Below, one piece after another: positions 27,778-41,427 of a stretch of 64,000 nucleotides of DNA. Under the pieces are notes generated by a model. That model was not told where the DNA came from and made no database searches. It saw nothing but the letters and a program-made list of their open reading frames with translations. The position numbers and the translations under genes were made by a program. This stretch comes from Eledone cirrhosa (lineage: Eukaryota): positions 26,474,001-26,538,000 of the forward strand of contig OZ024750.1 in NCBI GenBank assembly GCA_964016885.1, given 5' to 3'. Every line of letters starts with the position of its first letter. The first letter of the stretch is position 1.

Positions 27778-30700
27778 GTCAACGCGATCAGTCGCATATT
27801 TGGGCGTGGGAGACAATTTATTCAATTTAAGATGAATACTATCTCCGACAGTAATGCCACAACTACAATCATGTTGAATAAGTGGTTATTCTTCAAATTA
27901 TATCTTCTGAAGACACATTTTATTCGAATTCGTAGAGATATCCGACTAAATACATAATTCATTTTACAAGGATTTGCTACAAACCGCATGGCTGAACACA
28001 TCAACAACAAAATTAGGGAAGTACCGAAGACAAATAACAAGGAAGGTGAACAAACTATATTCAGTTGTAGGCACAGAAGAAACCGAAATTATAAATCGCA
28101 TTTCTCTTGGAGTTGCGAACTTAATAATGATTTATTTAATTGTTATAAAATAGCAAAAAACAATCCCTCCATTGGCTATATGAACAGAATGAAGCTACAC
28201 TGGGACGAAATACACCCAGAGCTAAATTATTTCACAGCGAAACAATTACGCCAACAAGCGACGTTTGTTGAACGTAAAAATAAGATAAATATTATTAATT
28301 ATAAGTCCCCCACAACAAACATGTTATCAACAACACGTGCTACAGGTCGCCATTCTACTAGACTTCCTAGCAGCCAGGTCGAACAGCGCCTTGAAACAAT
28401 TATGCCTGTAAGAAACTTGACACCATCTGTACCATCTAAGTTTACCTCGAATGCTGGGGAAAACACTATCGATAATAATAATAATTGAAGAAATAATAAT
28501 AATAATCGAAGAAATTTGACACCACGTGTACCATCCAAGTCTACCTCGACTGTAGTGGAAAATACTATCGTTAATGATAATAATCAAAAGTATAAACAAT
28601 TGAAATTTTCCCTCAACGAAATCTTCCAGAGAGAAATTAATTCATGTATAAATATCTCTCTTGCTGAACGTGTTAAAACGACAATGTTTCATAAAAAAAC
28701 AAATAATAAAATATTACGTGTTGACGAAATAGGGGATGAATATTTATGACGGATAAAAACCCCAACATTTTGGCAAATCAACGCCTGTTTATATGCCTTA
28801 GCAACGACAGTGAAACATTATCTTGGTGATAGCAGATATGTTAACAAGAACAGAACACCACCAAAAATACCATCATATATAACTAAAATAGAAAAAAAAG
28901 ATTGATGACCTACGAAAAAACATAGGATATGTGACAATGCTCCTTACATGCAAACAAACACAAAAAAACCTCACTCCTCACCAACAAAGAGTGAAATATT
29001 AAATAGAGACGATGGTTGGTAACAGTAGAACCAGAACTCTCCAATATAAGCTGATCACCATCAAACAAGAATTGAGAGCTGTTAGCGAAAAACGCCGATA
29101 CCTGAAGAAGGTAGATGGGAGAAAAGTGCTTAATAAAAGATTCAGACGAAACCAAACATCAGTCTATAGAGATATGAAGGGCAAAATAATAAGTGTCACC
29201 GATGTCCCATCCCAGAAAGACATAGATTCCTTTTGCAGCAAAATATGGGATGAAAAGAAAAATTTCAACGAAGATGCAGTGTGGCTAAGAGAAATCTGAA
29301 AGAATTATTGCTCCTACACTACAACAAAAACATACGAAATAAGTGAGGGTACCCTTGAGACTGTGATAGGAAAACTCCAAGATAAGAAAACACCAGGAAA
29401 AGACACGATTGTCGGCTACTGGTACAAAAACTGATATTCTATCGGAGGTATCTTATTGACCTCTACCAACAACGTCTTAAGGGAGATATACTTATACCAG
29501 AATGGTTGACATTAGCAGAAATATTACTGGTCCCCAAGGACAAAGACACCCACTTAGCAAAAAAACTAACGACCCATTGCATGCCAAAACCTGATATATA
29601 AGATGTATACAGCCTACCTGAACCTATTCCCCCAAGATCACTGTGAAAATAATAACATCATTACAGATGAACAAGTAGCTGGAAAGAAAGGGGTTTGGGA
29701 ATGTGCTGAACTACTCCTACTCAACAAAACTAAGATGTCGGAGGTGCGACAACTTAGGAGGAATATGGCTACAGTCTGGCTGTACTACAGAAAAGCTTTC
29801 GATTCTGTTCCCCACTCTTGGATGATAGAGGCCCTCCAACTTGCTAAAGTCCCAGACATTATTGTCAGAGCCATAGAGAGGATGTCTTCTTCTTGGGCTA
29901 CTATCCTAAGGTTAAAGACAGAGAGGGAGGATTCTATTTTCACTGATAAAATAAAATATTGCAGAGGTATATTTCAGGGGGACAATCTCTCTGTGATATT
30001 ATTCATCTTGTCATTAAACCCCTTGTCCTTTCTGCTCAAGAAATGTGAGGGATACATCATTGGCTCACAGGAGGACAGAAATACGAACCTAACCCATAAT
30101 TTCTTTGTGGACGATCTGAAACTCTATGACAAGAACATGGATGGGATGAAGAAAAATCTTGACCTGGTTACAACGTTCTCAAAGGATATAGGAATGGAGT
30201 TTGGCCAAGATAAATGCTCATACATGACTGTAAAGCGTGGAAAAAAAACAACCTCAATCTAGCAACATAGTCATCAATGGCCTAACTGTTTCACCGATAT
30301 CTGATGAGGACTGCTACAGATACCCGGGTATAGATGAGAACATATACTATAATGGTATCTGTAATAAAGAACGCGTAACCAGGGAATATTACACCCGATT
30401 AACAAAGATCTGGTCATCGGAACTCTCCGCGCAAAACAAAACAGTGGCTCACAATGTGTTTGCTGTGCCTGTCCTAACACCAACGTTTGGAATACTCAAT
30501 TGGACGATAGACGAAATCCGAGCAGTTGATGTTGGAACTCGAAAGACACTAAACAACACCGGAAACTTCCACATCAACACTGACATAGACCGCCTTTACT
30601 TGAAACGTAAGCAGGGAGGCAGAGGCCTAACATCAATCGAGGCAACAATTGAATGTCGCATCATATCTCTCCGACAACATCTACGAACCTCGAAGCGTAG

Positions 30701-31233
30701 GAGCCCGTTTCTCGAGAAAATCTATCTACATGAAACAGATAAGATCATGAGAGTTGGGAAGAAACTCCTCGACAGATATTCCCTGTGTGATTATCAAAAA
30801 CTCACACCCAGGGAAGTCGCTCAGCAGTATCGCAGTAAATCCAGGGATGAAAAACTACATACTTATCAGCAGAAAATCATGCATGGATATGTTGCCAGGA
30901 AGCTCCAGAGTGAGAGTAATATAGATAAGGAAAGTAGTCTATCTTGGAACAACAACCGCTATATTGGCTTCCACTTTGAAGGATACGCTTTTGCAATCCA
31001 AGAACAGGAGATTAACACGAAATACTTGATTCACAAAAGAGATAGGGATGCAAGCAAAACACCTAGATGTGATAACAAGTGCAGACTCTGCAGAACTAAC
31101 ATCGATGCTATCACCCATGTCATGAGCAACCTAGTTGATGTTGTGTAAATTTCAATGAGAAAGTCTTGTGTCTATGTTAGAAACCGATTCTGTCTCTATT
31201 GGTAAAACTTCGTGAAATTATAAAACCAGAAGA
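27778..31233 (+). mobile_element. Near-full-length R4/Dong-clade LINE, frameshifted, endonuclease region deleted
   Basis: N-terminal GYMNRMKLHW..QLRQQ, YRKAFDSVPHSW, GIFQGDNLS, FVDDLKLY, DRLYLKRKQGGRGL and CRLC..ITHV. Ends at ACATACATACAT. Confidence 0.9.
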
Positions 31234-31563
31234 ACATACATACATACACACACATATATACACACACAGACCGGCGTTGGTGTTTAATGAGGTTGAGAAC
31301 CTGGTCAGCTTTCAGTCAGAGCTGTGGTATTTAATCTCCCTAGGTAATGAAATCTGGAGTCAAAATTCGCTCCTTACCCCCCAAAATGCATAAATCAGGT
31401 CAACATCCTGATACACTTAAATATAAATGCATGTATATATACAAATGTATAAATGCATTGCTATATACATAGGTAAATGTATGTATGTAGATTTATATAT
31501 ATATATATATATTCGAAGAAATTGAAGAAAGAGAAGCAGACCGTTAAAATATATTTATAAGGA

Positions 31564-31613
31564 GCTCTTACACATGTTACGCCCAAGTTGGGCCCAAGTT
31601 GAGCTCCTCGGAG
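31564..31613 (-). ncRNA. Degenerate hammerhead-like motif
   Basis: CUC-CGAGGA-[GCCCAACUUGGGC, duplicated]-GUAAC-AUGU-GUA-AGAG. The core is mutated at several positions. Confidence 0.3.
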
Positions 31614-31824
31614 GCTCAGAGGAAAGTAAAGGGTTTAATTAGGAACCCTGAATGGGTATGAATACGATTTTAACATCGAAATTCATATCTCGGTGTTACA
31701 AAGTTAGGTGCTTATGTTTGTGTACATTCCGGTGCTAATTTGGAATTATCTGCTAAAATTCATTTCCCCTATTATAAAATATTTATTTATTCCCCTAAGT
31801 CTATTTACTACATGTTAATTTAAT

Positions 31825-32008
31825 AATTGTTTCTATTTTAGGCGCAAGGCCAGCAATTACCCAATACATTACTGGTACTTTATTTTATCCACCCCGTAAG
31901 GATGAAAGGCAAAGTTAACCTCGGCGAGATTTGAACTCAGATCATAAAGGGACGTAACTCTTTGCTTCAAAGCACAGTGTCCGACTCTGTACCGATACTG
32001 CCAATCAA
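31825..32008 (-). mobile_element. Octopus-type tRNA SINE
   Basis: Same consensus as the copies at 2290 and 21590. Confidence 0.8.
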
Positions 32009-32140
32009 CCGAATAATCCTTTGTCAAGCCAGTTTGCAAAGGCATAGTTAAGGTATGAATGTGAGTGTTCAATAATATTATGGTCGGTGAAACATATCTA
32101 CGGACTAAGTTAGTATGAGGCTGCAACTATATATATAAAT

Positions 32141-32235
<95 letters not shown>

Positions 32236-32729
32236 GTAGATAAATCTATATATATATATATATAATAGAATAATCGAGTATCGGAAAATCAGCTCACGAA
32301 TTAACGATAAACAATATCCGATATGAGTGGCAGAGGGCTCCATAATTTGGATAAATCAGAGCTATAACCATCGTTAAATTACCAACACATATAGACTATG
32401 CCTAAAATCACCCGTACAGCCGAAAAAGAACGACCAGGAAGATCGGGTCACTCAAATAAAATATCAATAAATCAATAATTTAAATGAATGTAAAAAACTT
32501 ACCCGGACCCGCTAGAAGGGTGTTAAATCTAGCTTCTTGGGTTTCTGCAATTCCTTAATCCATTCACTATCAGCCCACATAAAAAATATATAAGACTTCT
32601 AGAGAAGGAGTGGACCGGAAGAGCTTTATCAACGGGTTCCGTCCGATAATAAAGAAGGGACCTTTAGCCAGACACGCACATGGTGCCCAGCAAGGGAGAT
32701 AACCTCTATATTAGCGAAACAATTTTTGG

Positions 32730-32765
<36 letters not shown>

Positions 32766-33002
32766 TAAAGTGGTCCTTCATCAGTGATCTTCCAACCATC
32801 ATCGGTATTTCTTCGCTTTAAATACCATATACTTCTGGTTGGTGCGAGCAACGGCTAAAGAAAGTCGTTGGGACACGTAAATAAAGGGAACAGCGAGAGT
32901 ATAGTATATATTATAATTGAAAAAAAAAGGAAAAGAATGACTTCACTTGTAGTGTTAAATAATTTGATTTACTTTTATAATATTATAATATTATGAGTTG
33001 GT

Positions 33003-33087
<85 letters not shown>

Positions 33088-33259
33088 ATTAGTATATTTA
33101 CCAACATATGTGTACAGATGTTCACCTATGCTAGCAAATATATATGTTATGTCTTAGTACCTTTGTGGTTCTATGCAGGGGGATGCAGAACAATTATATG
33201 AAAGACGTAAAATAAGAAAGTTAAAAAAATTAAAAGTCAACATATTTACTAAAATTTTC

Positions 33260-33341
33260 ACTCCAACTAATTAGTTTCTGTATGGGGATAAATATAGTTA
33301 CATAATATAACTATAGAGAATTCCATACGTCATCAGGGAGT
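33260..33341 (-). ncRNA. Type I hammerhead ribozyme
   Basis: ACUCC-CUGAUGA-[C GUAUGG..UAUAGUUA/UAACUAUA..CCAUAC A]-GAAA-C-UAAUUA-GUU-GGAGU: 5-bp stem I, extended stem II, palindromic stem III ACUAAUUAGU. Confidence 0.8.
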
Positions 33342-33722
33342 CTATTCTCAGCTAAGTTCCCAGGCGATGCGCGGACACTAGGAACCCATATAAAAATAAT
33401 AATAATTCAGTGGATGGAATATATATATATATATATATTCTTTTTTCAGTCTGGTCTACCTCTGGTGGTAAGGTCCGTACCGTAGATAGGATTGAATGTA
33501 ATCTTGTAAAATACTACAAAGAAAGTTCTGTGTTTCGCTGAATTTATTCTTTAGAAACAGAGTCAGATATTAGATATTAAATTAACAATGAAAATAAAAA
33601 CAAAAAAAAACAAACAAAGTTGTAAAGTAACTTGACTTATTGCTTTTTATTTTCATTGTTAACTTGATAACACACACACAAGCACAAGCACACACACACA
33701 GACACACACAGACACACAGACA

Positions 33723-33781
<59 letters not shown>

Positions 33782-33784
33782 GCG

Positions 33785-34037
33785 TAGTGTGACAAGAAGC
33801 TTGCTTCCCAAACACATGTTTCCGGGTCCAGTCCCACTGCCCGGGCCGACCAAAGCCCTGTGAGTGGATTTAATAGATCGAAACTAAAAGAAGCGCGTCG
33901 TATATATGTATATATGTCTGTGTGTCTTTCGTTAGTGTTTGCTCTACCACCAATGCTTTTTGGTTTGTTGACGTCCCCATATCTTACCAAGGGGATGATC
34001 CAGCTTGGGCGTAGTCCAGACACATAAAAAAAGTAAA

Positions 34038-34080
<43 letters not shown>

Positions 34081-34412
34081 TGTGTGTGTATGTAGAAGAG
34101 GGGTCTCAAGCTTAATGACATAAAAGGGCCATTACGTTCTGGAGGAGAGGCACAGTGCGCCAAACTTGTTGGTTGGTGATGATTTTCACCAGGTATAATC
34201 ATTTCTACTACAGGCACAAAGCATGGAATTTGGGTTTTAGGGTCCCGTCAATTACATCGATTCCAGTTCACAACTGGTACTTAGTTTATCGACTCCAAAA
34301 GAATGAAAGGCAAAGTTGAGATCGGCGGAATTTGAACTCGGAACGTAAAAACGGAAGCAGTACCGCTAAGCATTTTACCAGATGTGCTAACGATTCCACC
34401 AGCTCACCGCCT
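33785..34412. mobile_element. SINE fragments (plus-strand Octopus-type at 33785-34025; minus-strand Meta-like SINE at 34200-34412)
   Basis: tRNA-like heads; GAATGAAAGGCAAAGTTGAGATCGGCGGAATTTGAACTC. Confidence 0.6.
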
Positions 34413-34765
34413 TATTTTCACCAGTTATACCAGATATAATGGAATCTGAAAGATTGGTTCTACCAGGGGCCATAGAAAGGTAGTTCGCGGGGCGCATATT
34501 TGAGCCCCATGTTGGAGTTAGATAGATATATAGACGTGTACCAAACACACACACTTCTTACTCTCTCTGTCCCTCTTTCTCTATCTTTCTCTGTCTCTCT
34601 CACCCCCTTTCTTTCTCTCTCTCTCTTATATATATATATGGCGCTGTTATTTGACGTTTTTGAAAAGAGCAGTGGCCTCTGACCCGGCAATAAAAACTGG
34701 AGTCAAAATTCTTTCTGTACCAAAATCAGGGCACGCAAAGACACACACACACACACACAAACAGG

Positions 34766-34824
<59 letters not shown>

Positions 34825-34984
34825 TGTTAGTGTGCACCCTAGCGTGTATGTGTGTGTGTGTGTATCTATCTATCTATATATATAAGGGATACAGATATTG
34901 TTTTTACATTGTCTCTAATTATCTCAATTCATTCTTTGTGATCGAGGCACTTTATTTTGCAAGGTACTATTTTTCCCTTGAGTT

Positions 34985-35396
34985 TGTGATTTCAGAGAAA
35001 AGTAAGAAATTCTTCATAATTTGCATCTTTTGTATTTTGACTTTACAGTTTGAATTGCAGAATTGTCTATCCACTCAAAATATTACAACAGCTAACAGTG
35101 AAATATAGAATTTAAAAAAAAGAAGCTTTTAGGCTGAGATCAAATGTTTGAGAACATTCACATCTGTTTTTCAAAAATATATAATTTGAAATAGTTTTGT
35201 TTTGGACTGAAACTTTTTGTATTTAATTCATACGAGTACTTTTTAATGAATTTTTAAAAGATTCTAACATAACTTGATTTAGCCCAGTAATCTACTGATA
35301 TCAAAATCAGTAGTATATAGAAAAATGGAAAAATAGGGTAGGGGGCGTTTCGTGATTTCGAGGGGTAAAATGGCTGAAATGGGTTGAGAACCTTTG
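34985..35396 (+). mobile_element. Right end of the hAT-like non-autonomous element
   Basis: Inverted copy of 54580-54990. Ends GGGTTGAGAACCTTTG. Confidence 0.65.
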
Positions 35397-35629
35397 ATCT
35401 TATTCATTCTTAAGACCTATATCGTTTTTACAATCTTCATTCTTAAGACCTTTCCTCCTTTATACGACCAATCATGGCGTTAAATATTTCAATAAAATCT
35501 TTAAAAAACCCCCCAAAAAACCTATATTGAGACTTTCAAACTTGGCTCATACGTTTAAAAGTAAAATTATTAATAAAAAAAAAACTTGTTGTTTCAACAA
35601 CGAAAACACACTTGATAACAACGTAATAA

Positions 35630-35940
35630 TAATAGGCTAAAGGCCAACAATTTTGGGGTAGGGAAGGTCGATTAAATCACCCCAGTGCATTACTGGTACT
35701 TTATTTTATCGACCCCGTAAGGATGAAAGGTGAAGCTAATCTTGGAGGGATTTGAAATCAGAGTGTAAAGGGCAATAACTCTGTGTCACACAACAGGCTA
35801 TCCAGCATTCTACCGATACTGCCAATCCACAATAATAATAATAAAGGTTTTTGATTTAGGCACAAGGCTAGCAATTTGGATGAATGGCAAAGCTAACCTC
35901 GACAGGATTTGAACGTAAAACGCCGTAACTACATGCCGCA

Positions 35941-35985
<45 letters not shown>

Positions 35986-36682
35986 TGTTTCTACTTTTGG
36001 CACAAGGCCAGCAATTATCCAGTGTATTACTGGTACTTTATTTTATCGACCCCATAAGGATGAAAGGCAAAGTTAATCTCGGCGGGATTTGAACTCAGAA
36101 TGGCAAGGGCCGTAACTCTATGCGTCAAAGCATGACGTCCGACCCTCTACCGATACTGCCAAAATAATTTTTCTATTTTGGCACAAGGCTCGCAATTACC
36201 CCACTGCATTACTGGTGATTTGGGGATAATTGCTGGCCTTAATAATAACAATGCTTTCTTTATTAACCACAAGGGTTGACATCAAGCATAACATTAAGGA
36301 CAGCACAGGACAATACAGGACGGTACAGAACGGTACAAATGGGCATTTCTGCATGTAAAAAAAAAAAAATCATATTCATAAAAAGAAACAAGGAAAAAAT
36401 TCCTCAAATGGGGAAGGTGGAGGAGACATCCGAGGATCACTCATGGAGAAAGCTCACAAAAAAGCCAGTGTTACCCTGACGGCTAGGGCAAGTGCCCTCT
36501 TCCACTCTTCCTCCTACGATACTACAGGCACGCAATGGTTTCTTTATTAGCTATACAAGACGCTGCTGTTGATAATTGTTTCTACTTTTGGCACAAGGCC
36601 AGCAATTAACCCCAGTGCATTACTGGTACTTTATTTTATCGACCCCGTAAGGATGAAAGGCAAAGTTAACCTTGGCGGGATG
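35630..36682 (-). repeat. Cluster of five or more same-orientation SINE copies/fragments, with (TAA)n and a Tx1-like 3' end (36245-36480)
   Basis: Repeated GGCACAAGGCCAGCAATT...ATCGACCCC..GGATGAAAGGCAAAGTTAA blocks at ~35630, 35860, 35985, 36165 and 36575. Confidence 0.75.
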
Positions 36683-37472
36683 GATTGTTGATAATAATTT
36701 CAAATTTTGATACAAGGTAACGCATTTTGATGAAGGGGTGTATTGGAAAATATGCCCACCTTCCCAACTTTTAGCTGATATGTATGTTAGTATTATACAT
36801 CATTGGTGAGATTTGAGCTGAAAATATTTAAGAAAATGACTCTGCTAACGGATACTTCAACAGTGGGAGTAACATTTAGGCTAACATCGCGTCCAGTAGT
36901 TGACCGAGATTCAGTTCCAGGTGATAGTTAATTCACTTCACTAACGTCGTTGATACCCCTGCCAAAGAATTAAGTTTCATTTAATCTTCCACTTTCCTGT
37001 GAAACTACTGGCTTGGAACGAAAGAAATCAATATAGCATAAACGTTCCATTAATTACAATATGGATCTATTTGTATATATATGTCACAGTTTTCTATACG
37101 ATGCGTTTACAATCAAATAGCTGCCATTTTTCATCATGAATATTCGACAATTAAACTCTGTATTCATAACCACGTTTCTACCACATGATGCTTACTTCCT
37201 CGTTTACTTAATATTTATAAAACTTAAGAAACGAATTTGTGTAATAATACAATTTTTTTAGGTTTCTTTAATTTCTCTTTTTTTTCTTAGCTGTTTTTGT
37301 TGTTGTTTTTAGAGTACAGTAATGTCATGTAAGAAACACCGGAAGTAGAATGGGTTGCAGGTAACGCCATCTGGAAGAGATTAATCAAATTCGGTTTTAG
37401 TTTTGGCCTGTAAGGCTTCACATGTCGCTCTTGACACTGGCTGTAGATTATTTAAACAGTGCTTCTCCTCTT

Positions 37473-37570
<98 letters not shown>

Positions 37571-37603
37571 AGTATTTATGTATATATATTTGTGTGTGTG
37601 TAG

Positions 37604-37667
<64 letters not shown>

Positions 37668-37670
37668 ATA

Positions 37671-37701
<31 letters not shown>

Positions 37702-37808
37702 GTGTGTGTATACGTATATATGTGTGTGTATATGTATATATAGATGTGTGTGTATGCATATATATATATATATATATGTGTGTATATATCTATATATGTG
37801 TGTATATG

Positions 37809-37888
<80 letters not shown>

Positions 37889-38226
37889 TGTGTATGTGTA
37901 TATGTGTGTGTGTGAATATATATATATATATCAGTTAAAACAATGAAATAAAAAATCAAGTCATTAGAGATATACTTCACTGCTTTACGATCGTTTCTAG
38001 GTGATGATAATACATTGTAGCTATACTTCGTTATTGATCTATGTAAGGTTAGTTACAAAATATCAGATAAAGAGAATATTTACTTATATGCATATCACCA
38101 GCTGTTTTACCTTATATCATGACTTTGTTTTCTGGGATTCATCTTAACCTACAACATTTTCAACACATGGATTACACTGAGTTCTTCATGCAGAACAGAC
38201 CCCACAACTTACCGTGGATATCTCTG

Positions 38227-38299
<73 letters not shown>

Positions 38300-38370
38300 G
38301 TAGGTCCCGGGTTGAGTCGGGGATAACCACAGTAAGTAAGGTACTCAATACATGGCAGAGTAAAATTTGT

Positions 38371-38607
<237 letters not shown>

Positions 38608-38621
38608 ATATATAATGTATG

Positions 38622-38696
<75 letters not shown>

Positions 38697-38929
38697 ATAT
38701 ATATATAATGTATGTATACATATATATATATATATATTTTAATCATATTTATTTATTTATTCATTGTGTAATGAAAAAAAGCAGAAGAGAATGAAAGAAA
38801 TGCAAGCAATATTTCTAGTAATCCAACACAACGATAGGGACGTTAGTGATAATGGTGACAGCAACAACGACAACCGCAACATCATGGTGAAGTGTAATAA
38901 ACACCAACTTATCTCTGTGTCATTAGATT

Positions 38930-38930
<1 letters not shown>

Positions 38931-39007
<77 letters not shown>
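38931..39007. repeat. (CTA)n microsatellite, possibly the tail of a very decayed minus-strand LINE (39010-39800)
   Basis: About 25 CTA units; the adjacent sequence shows only faint RT-like words. Confidence 0.7.
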
Positions 39008-39916
39008 GTACGCTAACTTCCTAACCTCGGTTTGCCTGACTCTGAATATGAGTTTTATGAAGGACGTGTCATAGGTCCGGTGTGTACATCTGTTCACTGT
39101 TACACCTGTCCAGCAGTTTCGGCAGGTGTCTTATTCTTAGATCTTATATGACAACCATCCTTTGTTGGTATCACAAATCTTCCTTGTAGAAGGAAAGATT
39201 GGCAGCAAATGAAACTCCTGGACCTCGGAACCTACCTCTTCCACGACAGGTACAGTAGTATATGGCTCTAACGTAGTTATATATGTCCTTGGATGATGTA
39301 TAGTGGTCACCAGCGAAGGTACATCGGTGTTAACTACATATGTCCGACTTTTTTGTGTGATAGATTCTGAGTGAAACTGACCACTCTGTTTGTAGGATCT
39401 TTTCAGTTTTCATCCATCTACAGATCTAGTCGGGATCGAGCAGCAAGCACTTTAAGCGAACCCTCAATCCAGCGAATGAAATCTCCGCCCGCATTAATTT
39501 GCCTTTCTAGGTACCTATTTGGAAACCTATCGACATGTTCCCGTTAATGTATGTTCCAATAAACTCTTCGTTCTCCTCGAGAATGGACAGACTACTTCCA
39601 TGTTTCTATTTTTCCTACATCAATCTCGGTGACATTAACTGCGAATGAAGACACAGCTCAGAGCCCCAGTTTGAACAAGATCTCATTTAACTTCTCTAAA
39701 GTACACAGCCGTGGAACATATGAAGACAAAGCTCTCTGAGCCCCAGTTTGATCAGGTGTTTCTTCAACTGGTCTAAATTACACAACAGTAGAACCAGCGT
39801 AAAAAACAATGCCTATTTGCTAACATGTTTGCTTAACTTTGTACGTAAGACATATTGTTTCAGAGACAAACATACATATAAATAAACAAAAATAAAAATA
39901 GATAGATTCAGTGTGG

Positions 39917-39969
<53 letters not shown>

Positions 39970-39972
<3 letters not shown>

Positions 39973-40416
39973 TGCAATGTCAACTCTGGATGTCGGTGAG
40001 CATGTCCAGCCAACCTCAGTCTCCTCTGTGTCACTTTTGAGCTGACTTTTGGGATGCTCCCATACAGCTCTGAGTTTTTCCTCCTCAGTGTATACGGATT
40101 AATGTTCAGAGGCATCCTCAGCATTCTCGTGTAGCACCCATCCACCATCTGAGTGAGTCTCTTGGTCAGTGTCCAAGTCTCAGACCCATACAGCAGCACA
40201 GACTCCACTACAGCAATGAAGAGTTGACATTGCACTCAGTGCTCCTTTGGGAGCCCCTACATGGACACACTAGAAGAGGAAGACCAAGGTTAACATATGT
40301 TGATGCCCTAAGGACAGACACTGGTCTGTTGGAGATGCAGGATATGGCAGCGATAATGAGGGACAGAGACCGCTGGAGAGAACTCGTCCATGGATCTCGG
40401 GAATTTTACCCGCCTT
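39970..40416. mobile_element. 5'-inverted RTE insertion (minus 39970-40222, plus 40220-40416)
   Basis: Both parts match the 3' end of the 9370-12651 RTE and overlap at GAGTTGACATTGCACTCA. Confidence 0.85.
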
Positions 40417-40489
<73 letters not shown>

Positions 40490-40647
40490 ATATTCAAAAT
40501 ATTAATAAATGAGAAATATTTTGATAACCAAAGTATATATTTTATTATACATATTTTAAGGGTACAATGGTTTTTGAGAACGCTTTCGTCAGATAAGACA
40601 TAAGAGATTGATTATTAGACATACCCCTAACGTTTCTACCTTCAATC

Positions 40648-40698
<51 letters not shown>

Positions 40699-40739
40699 TA
40701 GTTGTGTATAATGGTAGCTATGGTGCTTCCATATGCGGT

Positions 40740-40966
40740 ATGCCAAAATTACACTCGATGTAGGTGCGGTTGTATGCATATGTGGGCCTCTATATCTGTG
40801 TATTTCTGCATACATGTATGTGTTTATGTGCATCTCACTGGAATGTGTGCGGATGATTATATATGGAGTATATATGCTTTTTATTATTACTATTATTCTT
40901 GGTGTATTACTTTTTCACATATCCTTTGTATATATCCGTATATGTATGTATGAATCTGTGTACATA

Positions 40967-41021
<55 letters not shown>

Positions 41022-41054
41022 GTATATATATATATATATTTATATTTATATGGC

Positions 41055-41121
<67 letters not shown>

Positions 41122-41394
41122 ATATTTCATGTTACGGTAATTTACCGTTATTTTATGGTATATTGTGTTTTTTATTGTATAATGTATTTTTAACTTTTAA
41201 TTTACGGTTTTGTTTATATATGTATATGTGGAAGCACATGTGTGTGTAGGCAAATATGCATATGTGCAGGTGTATGCATGTGGCAGCACGTGTGCGTATG
41301 CATATGTAGATGTATATATGTCGACATATACGTAGGTATATGTATGTATATATGTGGCTGTGCGTATGCATGTTAGGTTGTTGTTTTTTGTGTG

Positions 41395-41427
<33 letters not shown>

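Noticed and set aside
25566-35396. A single 9.8-kb hAT composite element
   Set aside because: Left and right ends are correctly oriented, but the flanking 8-mers (ATGTAGAG vs ATCTTATT) do not match, so they may be separate copies.
37978-38105. Hammerhead (minus-strand GAAAC-GAUC-GUA)
   Set aside because: The stem III half is convincing, but no CUGANGA with a matching stem I could be placed. At most a relic.
40560-40640. CUGACGA and GAAACGUU motifs on the minus strand; also isolated CTGATGA at ~1845, 32775 and 63575
   Set aside because: No consistent three-stem fold.
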